Made by a program: the position numbers and the translations under genes
The notes under the pieces: generated by a model
Database searches by the model: none
What the model was told of the DNA's origin: nothing
What the model saw: the letters and a program-made list of their open reading frames with translations, nothing else
Shown: positions 8,277 to 16,728 of the stretch, piece after piece
How positions within the stretch are numbered: position 1 is the stretch's first letter
How the letters are laid out: each line of letters begins with the position of its first letter
IMG/VR virus record: IMGVR_UViG_3300045016_000042
Span: 1-25,700 of that record
From: a virus
Taxonomy: Duplodnaviria > Caudoviricetes
DNA: 25,700 nucleotides
Direction: 5' to 3' (one strand)

Positions 8277-9901
8277 GCCGCAGAACAACAGAAGTACCGG
8301 AGGAGGCTCTGGCGGCTCTGGAAGGCTCCTACATACGGGTGCCCTCCTCTCCGCTGATGAACGCCTGGACTCTCACAATTCCCGGACGGTATCATCGCAA
8401 GGGGGATGATTGTTGGTTACTACCCGCCGCCCCCCACCGAGTGATAGACCTGCAGAAGATGGGGGTGAGGATACACCCGGAGCTTTTGGCCTGGGCGAAT
8501 CGGGAGCTTGCGCCACCGCCGGAAGTCCACATCAGCGAGATTGTGGGGCTGGTAGGAGTCCCGATGGAGTTTCAGTGGGAGGGGATTGAGTTCACGGAGA
8601 GCCGTCACGGTCGTGCCCTCATTGGTGACGAGCAGGGGCTGGGGAAGACCATTGAGGCTCTCGCCTGGATGACCTACCACAACGATGCCTTCCCCGCCAT
8701 CATCATCTGCCCCAACAGCGTGAAGATCAACTGGAGGAGGGAAGCAAGCCGGTGGATCCACGGCCGCAACATCCAGATAGTTGAGGGCACGCGCCAGTCG
8801 GACATTCCCAAGGGGGATTTACTGATAGTCAACTTTGAGATCATCGAGAGGAGACTCCAAGACCTTCTCAACTGGGGTCCGCGCACGATGGTGGTTGACG
8901 AGTGCCACCGCATCAAGAATCCGTCCGCCAAGTCATCCAAGGCGGCGGTGTCCCTGAGCGAACGGTGTCATCACGTTATCGGAATGTCTGGGACCCCGGT
9001 GGTGAATCGCCCCAGCGAGTTCTTCAACGTGCTCAAGATGATCCGCCCCTCGTTGTTCCCCTCCTACTGGGAATATGTCCAGCGATACTGCGGGGCCGTG
9101 TATGAGAACGGCGGATGGAACTTCAACGGAGCTTCTCACACCCAAGAGCTTCACGAGAGGCTCACCCAGACGGTGATGATCCGCCGTTTGAAAAAGGACG
9201 TGCTGCCTCAACTCCCCTCCAAGGTGAGGTCCATCGTACCACTCCCCATCTCCAATAGGGCCGAATACACCCGCGCCAAAACAGACTTCATCGCTTGGTT
9301 GGAGAAGGCTGATCCAGAGAAGGCGGACAAGGCGGCAAAGGCTATCGCCCTCACCAGAATAGAATCCCTCAAGCAGCTCACCACGTCCGGCAAGATCAAG
9401 ATGGCCATTGACTGGGTGGAGGACTTCATAGAGGGGGAGAAGCTCATTGTGTTCTGCACCCACGTCAACCTGGCCATCCGGGTATTGACTGAGCACTTCG
9501 GCTCCGCCTGCGTCAACATCGATGGTACCATATCCAAGGTGGAGAGGCAGGCCGCATCCGACCGCTTCAACCGTGACCCAGACTGCCGGCTGCTGGTAGG
9601 GCAACTCAAGTCCGCCGGAGTGGGACTGAACTTGCAAATGGATTGCGCCAACGTAGCATTCCTGGAACTGGGGTGGACTCCGGGCGACCACGACCAAGCA
9701 GAGGACCGCATCCACCGCATCGGGCAGACTCGCCAATGCGGTATCTACTACTTGGTGGCGGAGAATACCGTGGAGGAGGATATCATGGACATTCTGGATA
9801 CCAAGCGCCAAGTCCTCCACCAAGTCCTGGACGGCGGTGAAGCCTCTGAAGAGGGAATGTTGCAGGCCATCCTCAAGAAGTTGAGGGCATCGATGAAATG
9901 A
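8273..9901 (+). CDS. SNF2-family (HARP/SMARCAL1-like) helicase/annealing ATPase
   Basis: DEQGLGKT, VVDECH, SGTP, RRLKKDV, GVGLNLQ, QAEDRIHRIGQ. TTG start at 8273 (TTGA overlap, GAGG RBS) is inferred. Confidence 0.93.
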   Translation: MSRRTTEVPEEALAALEGSYIRVPSSPLMNAWTLTIPGRYHRKGDDCWLLPAAPHRVIDLQKMGVRIHPELLAWANRELAPPPEVHISEIVGLVGVPMEFQWEGIEFTESRHGRALIGDEQGLGKTIEALAWMTYHNDAFPAIIICPNSVKINWRREASRWIHGRNIQIVEGTRQSDIPKGDLLIVNFEIIERRLQDLLNWGPRTMVVDECHRIKNPSAKSSKAAVSLSERCHHVIGMSGTPVVNRPSEFFNVLKMIRPSLFPSYWEYVQRYCGAVYENGGWNFNGASHTQELHERLTQTVMIRRLKKDVLPQLPSKVRSIVPLPISNRAEYTRAKTDFIAWLEKADPEKADKAAKAIALTRIESLKQLTTSGKIKMAIDWVEDFIEGEKLIVFCTHVNLAIRVLTEHFGSACVNIDGTISKVERQAASDRFNRDPDCRLLVGQLKSAGVGLNLQMDCANVAFLELGWTPGDHDQAEDRIHRIGQTRQCGIYYLVAENTVEEDIMDILDTKRQVLHQVLDGGEASEEGMLQAILKKLRASMK

Positions 9902-10167
9902 CAATCCTTCTCTCCATTCTGGCCGGGTACGTCTTGGGAGTGGTGGCCACCAGTCTTTTCGTTCGCCACCACATCAAGGCGGCTTGGGTATCTGGACTCA
10001 TCTACGGTAGGGTGCCCAGTTGGGTACAAATCTGGGCACTGCGCTTTGAGAGGAAGATGCTGCTTGTAGCTCTGCGCCTATGCCTTTCAACTTCCAAAGC
10101 TGGGCGGAAGACCATAACATCCCCACCCACACCACCGGATACAAGCAGTGCTCCCGTGGGTGGGTGA
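9898..10167 (+). CDS. Small membrane protein, hypothetical
   Basis: ATGA overlap and hydrophobic N-terminal helix; overlaps the primase ORF by 88 nt. Confidence 0.5.
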   Translation: MTILLSILAGYVLGVVATSLFVRHHIKAAWVSGLIYGRVPSWVQIWALRFERKMLLVALRLCLSTSKAGRKTITSPPTPPDTSSAPVGG

Positions 10168-11057
10168 ACGTAGACTGCCCCCACTGCTCCGGCTCCGAAG
10201 GTCCGCACTTGGGGTGGAACCTATCCAGGGGGTACTTCCGTTGCTGGAGATGCGGCTGGAAGCCCCTCCTCAAGACCCTCTGCGCCCTCTCCCGGAAGCT
10301 CCCCCAGGACGTCATCCCCGACCTCAAGAAGTACCAAGGCGGAGGGGCTGCGCTAGGGGCCGAACGGGGTGGGGGTCCGGGATACCCCATCCCGCCCTAC
10401 AGGGGGGAGGCGGAAAAGCCTCAGGGGGTGGGGTATCCGTCACTCCCGCACCTCAAATACCTGGCCGGAAGGGGGCTAGACCCCCCGGAAGTGATACGGG
10501 TGTGGGGGGTAGAGGGAGCGGGGGCGGCGGCGGGGGTGTCCCTATCCGGGGCGGGGTCCGGGGGGAGAGGAGCCTGGTTGGACCTATCCTGGAGGCTCTT
10601 CATCCCCATACGACTGAATGGGGTGATGGTGAGCTGGACTTCCCGCCACATCGGTAGTCACTCCCTGAGGTACATCTCCTGCCCCAAAGAACTGGAAGCC
10701 GTAGACCACAAGACCCTCCTGTTTGGAGCGGACCTGGTACCCAGAGACAAGGTGATCGTAGTGGAAGGTCCGATGGACGCAATCAAGATCGGACCCGGAG
10801 CCGTGGCCACCTTCGGAATCGGATGGAAGTGGGAGCAAGTGTCGTTGCTTGGGGAGTACTCCAAGCGGTTCATCTTGTTCGACAATGACGTCAGAAGCAT
10901 CGACAGCCAGAAGAGAGCCAGGGCACTCGCTCACGCCGTCCAATCAATCTTCGGCGGCACCACGGAAGTAGTCACCCTGGAAGACTACAAGGATGCCGGG
11001 GAGCTTCCCCCAGAAAAAGTGGCAATGCTGCGGACTGAACTTCTGGGTGGGGTATAG
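10080..11057 (+). CDS. Phage DNA primase (zinc ribbon + Toprim)
   Basis: CPHC...CWRC zinc finger, LFIPI...SWTSR, VVEGPMDA, FDND and KDAGE. Confidence 0.88.
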   Translation: MPFNFQSWAEDHNIPTHTTGYKQCSRGWVNVDCPHCSGSEGPHLGWNLSRGYFRCWRCGWKPLLKTLCALSRKLPQDVIPDLKKYQGGGAALGAERGGGPGYPIPPYRGEAEKPQGVGYPSLPHLKYLAGRGLDPPEVIRVWGVEGAGAAAGVSLSGAGSGGRGAWLDLSWRLFIPIRLNGVMVSWTSRHIGSHSLRYISCPKELEAVDHKTLLFGADLVPRDKVIVVEGPMDAIKIGPGAVATFGIGWKWEQVSLLGEYSKRFILFDNDVRSIDSQKRARALAHAVQSIFGGTTEVVTLEDYKDAGELPPEKVAMLRTELLGGV

Positions 11058-11082
11058 AGTCGGGTATCTTCAGAGGACACCT

Positions 11083-12582
11083 ATGAGCAGGCGTACTGTA
11101 GCTCAACCAGAACCAGAATCTACACCAGCGCCCACCGCCCCTCCTCAAGCAATCTCCCGGCGCACCGTACCATCCGCACAGACCCCAGAAGCCCCTCCGC
11201 AGTCGGAACCAGTACCATTCACCCCGCCGTTCCTGCGCCAGGATGATGACGCCTTTGACGAGTACGCTTTGGACAGCAGTGAAGAGCCGCTGTCCTTGGA
11301 CATCTACCTTCCACTGCGATTCTTTGAGCACGGATACCGGAAAGAGATTGCTGAGCTGATGGGCTTCTACATTTTCCTGGTGTGGCTGGTGAGGATGAAG
11401 AGATACTACAACGTCACCATCACCACCGCATATCTGGTGGAACAAATGGGCTGGGGCCGCACCAAGTTCCTGGAGAGGCGCAAGACGCTCATCGAATTGG
11501 GAGTGATGGATCACCGGAAGGTATCGGACCCCTCAACTGGCCGATTCATCTCCAACGCCTACATCATCCATCCGTGCTCCTCTGGATTCCGTCAGCACGT
11601 CTCCAGAGCCTCCCTTCATACCGTGTTTGGAGACCATCTCACCCCAATAGAGAAGATGGCGATGAGCGTCTTGCGCATCCCCGACAGGAACGGCAAAACG
11701 CAGATGGTACCAGAGAGTGCCTCCCCTCTTTCCCCCCTCTCTTGTACTCTCCCCTCTTTACTCCCCTCGTCAGAGGGGGAGAGAGACGGTGCCCCAGGGT
11801 ATGAAAATCATACTCTGGGGGCAAATCAAGGGAATCCCACCAGTTCCATCCCATCTCTTTCTGATCCCTGGATGAGGGAAGTTCCTCAGGTGAAAGTGGA
11901 CCAAGATGAAACCACCGCTGCCGTGGATGGATTGTTCCGGGAGTTCTTCAGACTCCAATCCACTCGCTTCCCTACATTCGTTCCAAGCCTCTCCAATATG
12001 ACCGCAGAAAAGGCGCGCAAAGAGAGGCAAGCCATCCTCAAGGCATCCAACCTAGCACGGCTGACGGTCTCCCAGCTTCACGAGTTGATCATGTGGGCCA
12101 TCCGTGACAGGTTCTGGGGCGACAAGATACTCTCCATCGAAGGGTTGATTGATGGGCGCGGGAGAGATGTTCCCAAAATCTTCCACGTGCTACAATCCCA
12201 TCCCACCTTTGCGGTCAAGTTCCGTCTGGGGGAATCCGACCCAATCAAGCTCAACGAGTCTGAACAGAGAACACTCCACACCCTGGGACAGTTCATCTCC
12301 ATGCGACGGGAATCCGGGAAGTGGGTGTTGGAGGAGTCCCGGTTTGATCTCAAGGTCTTCACCCACGAATTCCACGAACAATATCGCAATCTGCCGCCCA
12401 CCCTCCTCAAGATTCTAGCCCTGAGCGGAGGGGTGGTTGGATTCACCTGCAAGTGGACCCAATACTACGCCACCAGCCGGTTTGTGGTAGCCCGACCGGA
12501 TGAAGTGGAAGTCGGGGGAGACGGTTGGAAACGGTTTGTGCGGTGGCTTGAATCAGAAACCGGAGTGAAGATCACTCAATGA
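11083..12582 (+). CDS. Phage replication initiator-like protein (winged HTH + O-protein-like C-terminal block)
   Basis: HTH YLVEQMGWGRTKFLERRKTLIELG with wing DPSTGRFISNAY. IMWAIRDRFWGDKILS resembles the C-terminal block of phage O-like initiators. Lies between primase and helicase. GAGGA RBS before ATG 11083. Confidence 0.65.
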   Translation: MSRRTVAQPEPESTPAPTAPPQAISRRTVPSAQTPEAPPQSEPVPFTPPFLRQDDDAFDEYALDSSEEPLSLDIYLPLRFFEHGYRKEIAELMGFYIFLVWLVRMKRYYNVTITTAYLVEQMGWGRTKFLERRKTLIELGVMDHRKVSDPSTGRFISNAYIIHPCSSGFRQHVSRASLHTVFGDHLTPIEKMAMSVLRIPDRNGKTQMVPESASPLSPLSCTLPSLLPSSEGERDGAPGYENHTLGANQGNPTSSIPSLSDPWMREVPQVKVDQDETTAAVDGLFREFFRLQSTRFPTFVPSLSNMTAEKARKERQAILKASNLARLTVSQLHELIMWAIRDRFWGDKILSIEGLIDGRGRDVPKIFHVLQSHPTFAVKFRLGESDPIKLNESEQRTLHTLGQFISMRRESGKWVLEESRFDLKVFTHEFHEQYRNLPPTLLKILALSGGVVGFTCKWTQYYATSRFVVARPDEVEVGGDGWKRFVRWLESETGVKITQ

Positions 12583-14126
12583 TGCGTCGCCAGACCATCA
12601 CGGACTCCTCTGATATGTTGATGCTCACGGGGGCCATCACCTCCAAGGAGTATCTCTCAGAGATTGAGAGACTGAAAGCCGCCAGGCCGGAACTCATCCA
12701 GTCCAAAACCACATCCAGAGTATTCAACTGGTGCTGGACCTTCTGGACCAAGTTCCACGAGCCTCCCAAGCGCCACATTGAGGACATCTTCCGGGCAGAG
12801 ATTCGAGGCGGGAAGATTCCCGATGAACAGATCCAGGCCATCACCACTATTCTGGAACGTGCGTCAGATTTGTACGAGAGTGGTGATCAGTTCAACGTCC
12901 CATACGCCGTTCAAGAAACCCTCCGCAGCCAAGAGTCCGCCCGACTCCAGATGTTGGCGGATGAAATCCAAAGCAACCTGCTGTCCGGCAATCTGGCTGG
13001 AGCCCAAGAAGGTATCGCAGAGTACAACAAGGGATTCTCCTCCACCGCCCCCGACCAGTTGGTCAATCCGTATCTGGATGAGGATGCAGTGTACGATGCC
13101 TTCAATGAAGGCACGGACCCGCTGTTCACCCTTCCCGGAGAGATTGGGAGGATGCTCAACGAGCACTTCATCCCCGGCGGACTGGTGATGTTCCAAGCTC
13201 CCGAGAAACGCGGCAAGACCCACTGGTGCAACGAGTTGGCCAAGTGGGCTTGTTGGAGTAATTGTCCGACAGCCTACATTGCCGTGGGGGATATGACCCG
13301 CAGGCAGATGACCCGAAGATTCCACGTCAACCTTTCTGGTAGGCATTACAATCCCAAATATTGCGGTGAGATGCTACAACCGTGTTTGGACTGCGAAAGG
13401 TGCCAGATGGCGTCTTGCAGGAAGAGGACTTCAACTGGACTGGGATATGACATCATGGAGAATGGGCTGCAGTTCAAGCTGGCTCTGGAGGGGTATCGCC
13501 CCTGCGATGAAGCCAAGTACTGCAAGGAGTGCATCCCCACTATGTGGTGGGTGAAAGTCCCGGCGGTGAAGCCTCTGAATTGGGCGGAGGGCTTGGAGTG
13601 CGCCAACGACTTTGCATTCCTCGTGGGTGGTCTCAAGATCGGACTGGCCAGTTATCCTTCGGAATCAGAGAGTGTGGCTTCCATCTCTCAGAAGATCAGG
13701 GTGTGGGAGCAGTTCAACGGATGGTCTCCAAGGGTGTTGATACTAGACTACCCGGACGTGATGGGGAAGGAACCGGAAGCCCCCCAGGACGTTCGCCACC
13801 AAATCAACTCCACTTGGAAGGCTCTCCGCCGTCTCTCGATGGAGAGGGAGATGCTCATCATCGTCCCAACCCAGTCGGACATAGAGGGGCACACCGTCAC
13901 CAGTCAATCCGTCCGCAACTTCAGCGAGAACAAGTCCAAGTTCGCCCACGTCACCGCCGCATTCGCCCTGAACCAGACCCCAGAGGAGAAGGCGCAGGGA
14001 ATCCTGAGGGTGGGGAACCTGGGAATAGTGCGGGAAGGTGATGGGCGGACGGATACGGAAACCGTTGTACTCCAGAACTTAGCACGTGGAAGGGTGATAC
14101 TGGGCTCCTACCCTCTGAAAAAATAG
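12579..14126 (+). CDS. dnaB: DnaB-like replicative helicase with Cys-rich insertion
   Basis: Walker A APEKRGKT, Walker B LILDYPD, WKALRRLS, VPTQS and SENKSK. ATGA overlap. Confidence 0.85.
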   Translation: MMRRQTITDSSDMLMLTGAITSKEYLSEIERLKAARPELIQSKTTSRVFNWCWTFWTKFHEPPKRHIEDIFRAEIRGGKIPDEQIQAITTILERASDLYESGDQFNVPYAVQETLRSQESARLQMLADEIQSNLLSGNLAGAQEGIAEYNKGFSSTAPDQLVNPYLDEDAVYDAFNEGTDPLFTLPGEIGRMLNEHFIPGGLVMFQAPEKRGKTHWCNELAKWACWSNCPTAYIAVGDMTRRQMTRRFHVNLSGRHYNPKYCGEMLQPCLDCERCQMASCRKRTSTGLGYDIMENGLQFKLALEGYRPCDEAKYCKECIPTMWWVKVPAVKPLNWAEGLECANDFAFLVGGLKIGLASYPSESESVASISQKIRVWEQFNGWSPRVLILDYPDVMGKEPEAPQDVRHQINSTWKALRRLSMEREMLIIVPTQSDIEGHTVTSQSVRNFSENKSKFAHVTAAFALNQTPEEKAQGILRVGNLGIVREGDGRTDTETVVLQNLARGRVILGSYPLKK

Positions 14127-14128
14127 CC

Positions 14129-14158
14129 TTTACGCTTTTGGACTCATCGGGTATAAGG
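14129..14158 (+). promoter_or_regulatory. Promoter TTTACG-N17-TATAAG
   Basis: Near-consensus sigma70 hexamers in the intergenic gap upstream of ATG 14219. Confidence 0.7.
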
Positions 14159-14218
14159 GGGTGTCTGACGGGAAAAAGGGCTAGGAAGCCCGCAACGTTC
14201 AACAACAGGAGACTGACG

Positions 14219-14929
14219 ATGGATGCGAAGCAGATCACCCGCGCGCAGCTGATCGCTGCGGCCAACGACGTGAGCACCACCCTGGGGTTCCACAAGTCCC
14301 CCGGCGGCGCCATCAAGACGGGAGACGATGTGGCCGATGAGGCCATCCTCGGTGACCTGGTGAAGGCCATCAACGAGGGGGACATCGCCAAGGGCGATGA
14401 GCTGGCGGCGGAGACGGTGGAGGTGCTCAAGGCGCTGGCGCCGGAGAAGTGCCCCCAGCTGAAGATTCGCGGGGCCGGTGCGGCTCCGGCGGCTCCGGCG
14501 GACCCGGAAGCCGCAGCCAAGGCGGCGGCGGAGAAGGCGGCCAAGAAGGCGGCGGAGAAGGAAGCCAAGGCGGCGGAGAAGGCCAAGGCCAAGGAGGAAG
14601 CCAAGGCCAAGAAGGCGGCGGAGAAGGAAGCCAAGGCGGCGGAGAAGGCCAAGGCCAAGGAGGAAGCCAAGGCCAAGAAGGCGGCGGAGAAGGCGGCGGC
14701 AAAGGAGCCGCGCATCACCCGCCCGTTCGCGGTGGGGCGCGCCTTCCAGACCCTCCGCACCAAGGCGATGACCTTCGATGAATTCGTGGACCACGCCAAC
14801 GAGACGTGCGGGCAGTTGGGCCTGGATCCCAACCTGCGCGAGACCACCAGCTGCACCCGGTACGGCATCAACTGTCTCTCCGGCCTGGGCCTCCTGAAGG
14901 TGGATGGCGACAAGTTCTCGCTGGTGTAG
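14219..14929 (+). CDS. Lys/Ala/Glu-rich protein with C-terminal winged-helix-like domain; putative nucleoid-associated DNA-binding protein
   Basis: AGGAG RBS and strongly G/C-ending codons. Central KKAAEKEAKA repeats. C-terminus AMTFDEF...LSGLGLLKVDGDKFSLV fits a helix-wing. Confidence 0.75.
   Translation: MDAKQITRAQLIAAANDVSTTLGFHKSPGGAIKTGDDVADEAILGDLVKAINEGDIAKGDELAAETVEVLKALAPEKCPQLKIRGAGAAPAAPADPEAAAKAAAEKAAKKAAEKEAKAAEKAKAKEEAKAKKAAEKEAKAAEKAKAKEEAKAKKAAEKAAAKEPRITRPFAVGRAFQTLRTKAMTFDEFVDHANETCGQLGLDPNLRETTSCTRYGINCLSGLGLLKVDGDKFSLV
14539..14693 (+). repeat. 66-bp in-frame tandem repeat, about 2.3 perfect copies
   Basis: Unit encodes KKAAEKEAKAAEKAKAKEEAKA; unit starts at 14543, 14609 and 14675. 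Confidence 0.95.
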
Positions 14930-14952
14930 GCGAGACGACATCAATCAGGTAT

Positions 14953-14988
14953 AGGGGGCGGGGCGCAAGTCCCGCCCCCTTTTACTTG
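14953..14988 (+). terminator. Rho-independent terminator
   Basis: AGGGGGCGGGGC-GCAA-GTCCCGCCCCCT stem (one G-U pair, GNRA loop) running into TTTTACTT. Confidence 0.85.
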
Positions 14989-14989
14989 T

Positions 14990-15850
14990 ATGAATGTAGC
15001 CTTCCCAGTTCCCTCCTACCAAACCCCCATACCGGATACCCTCTGGGGAGACTTCCCTGAGGTGTCCGGGAAGCGGGTTTTCATCAAGCCCAACTGGGTC
15101 CAACCCCCACTACGGTGGGACGTGGCCAGTTGCACCCACGTCTCCATCATCAAGGCCGTGATCCTACAATGCCTAGAACGTGGGGCGAAGGGGGTGGCTG
15201 TAGGGGAGTGTGGGTTCAAAGGAACGTGGGAGGAGACGCTGCTAGCGGGGGGATACGACACCCTGGGTAGGATAGACCCCCGAGTGGAGTTGATCCCCCT
15301 CCAAGATGGACCCAACTTCCACAAGTTCACCCTCGTGCGGCTGGATGAGGGGAGATACCTGTCCCTGTTCGGGGCCAAGTTCAGCGACTACCTTCTGGAG
15401 TGCGACTGCATCATCAATCTCCCCAAGCTCAAGGTGCACTCAAGAGCCTTGGTCACCGGCGCCATCAAGAACATGATGGGGGCGATGACCCAGAAAGGCT
15501 CTATGCATCCGGGCGACTCCATCGACATTCTCCACAAGAGGCTCCGTGACCTATGGCTGCTGATCACCACCAAGCTCCCTCCTATGTGGACGCTGGTTGA
15601 CGGCATCGTTGGAAGCGGGTACGCAGAGCAGCAGGGAGTCCCGATGAACAGCCAACTCCTGTTCTCCGGGCTAGACCCGTGGGGCCTGGACTGCTTCGCT
15701 GCCAGCGCGATGGGCATTTGCCCAGAGGACGTTCCATACCTCAAGTTGATCCACGACCATCTGGAGAGGACGGATTATCCCAAATCAGCCTGGGTCGTGG
15801 CCGGGGTAGATGTAATCCAGTTCTATGACCTTCCATTCCTCTGGAAATGA
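14990..15850 (+). CDS. DUF362 domain protein (predicted Fe-S-associated)
   Basis: RVFIKPN, VAVGE, IINLPKLKVH, VTGAIKNMMG, LVDGIVG and DP..LD..A...MG motifs. Confidence 0.88.
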   Translation: MNVAFPVPSYQTPIPDTLWGDFPEVSGKRVFIKPNWVQPPLRWDVASCTHVSIIKAVILQCLERGAKGVAVGECGFKGTWEETLLAGGYDTLGRIDPRVELIPLQDGPNFHKFTLVRLDEGRYLSLFGAKFSDYLLECDCIINLPKLKVHSRALVTGAIKNMMGAMTQKGSMHPGDSIDILHKRLRDLWLLITTKLPPMWTLVDGIVGSGYAEQQGVPMNSQLLFSGLDPWGLDCFAASAMGICPEDVPYLKLIHDHLERTDYPKSAWVVAGVDVIQFYDLPFLWK

Positions 15851-16728
15851 ATATTCAAGTACAGGGATTCTCCTCCAACTATCACCCGGATGTTCTGATA
15901 GCGTTGGAGTGGTTCTGCAGCGGGAAGCGGGTGAGCTCCACCGGAGAGGAGAAACCAATCAGCCCGGACAAGCAGGCCCAACAGACCTTCCGCTCACTGG
16001 AAGTCTCTGTGAATGGGTTGAGGGCTTCTGGACACCGACCGCTCATCGTGTTCATCGATGATTGCTCTCCCTGCCCGTACAACATTCCATTCCCGAGTGA
16101 CTGGCCGTTGATCAAACTACCCTACCAAGTCAACCAGGGTATCGGCGGGAATGAGAACACCGTTCAGTATCTCTCCGTGGCCCTGGGATGCGAGTGGCTC
16201 TGGAGGGTGGACTCTGACGTTGAGTTGTTGGATGATCCCAGTCCCCTTCTCCCGGCAAGCAACGACTGGATGTGCCTCACCATCAACGCGGGGTTTATGG
16301 GCTATTGGACCAGCCGGGAAGCCACGGAGCCGATTGTCCCCACCGCGCAGATCGGGAATGCAGTTTGCACCCCCACGTCCTCATTCAGACGCTATGGATA
16401 CAGCGACCCACTTCTGCGCAGCTTCAATGACCTGGATTGGGTATACAGGGGGTGGAACGACAAGCGCAGATCGGGGATGATGATATCCGTCCGTGGGAAG
16501 ACTGTCAGCAGTGGATGCGGGGGCGGCGGCTCCTCTTCCAAAAGAGTCGCAGCAGCAAGGTATCTGGTGAAAGTCAGCCCATACCTTTCGATGACCATCA
16601 ACAAACACGGTAGACCCTCCTTCAAGTTCAACAAACAGGCCGCGCTGTATACAAGACGATGGGCTGTCCCGCCTTCCCCCTGGACTCTGTGGATTGAAGA
16701 CAAAATCAAGGAGGGGTGGCCCAGATGA
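15847..16728 (+). CDS. GT-A fold (GT2-like) glycosyltransferase
   Basis: IVFIDDCS, NQGIGG..N, WRVDSD (DxD) and GYSDP....NDLDW (ED.D-like). ATGA overlaps at both ends. Confidence 0.72.
   Translation: MNIQVQGFSSNYHPDVLIALEWFCSGKRVSSTGEEKPISPDKQAQQTFRSLEVSVNGLRASGHRPLIVFIDDCSPCPYNIPFPSDWPLIKLPYQVNQGIGGNENTVQYLSVALGCEWLWRVDSDVELLDDPSPLLPASNDWMCLTINAGFMGYWTSREATEPIVPTAQIGNAVCTPTSSFRRYGYSDPLLRSFNDLDWVYRGWNDKRRSGMMISVRGKTVSSGCGGGGSSSKRVAAARYLVKVSPYLSMTINKHGRPSFKFNKQAALYTRRWAVPPSPWTLWIEDKIKEGWPR

Noticed and set aside
5503-9904. Long - strand ORFs such as 5503-6405 and 8933-9904
   Set aside because: They are antisense to well-supported genes, carry no motifs, and are expected from codon bias at this GC content.
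8273-11100. N-terminal SRR motifs as Tat export signals
   Set aside because: No FLK-like continuation or hydrophobic h-region, and the proteins are cytoplasmic DNA enzymes.
13362-13532. Helicase insertion as an intein
   Set aside because: Too short, with no terminal HN-[C/S/T] or splicing-block motifs.
13951-14944. Long antisense and alternative-frame ORFs (poly-Arg, poly-Gly, Pro/Trp-rich) over the Lys/Ala-rich gene
   Set aside because: These are shadows of a GC-rich low-complexity repeat; they lack an RBS and promoter support.
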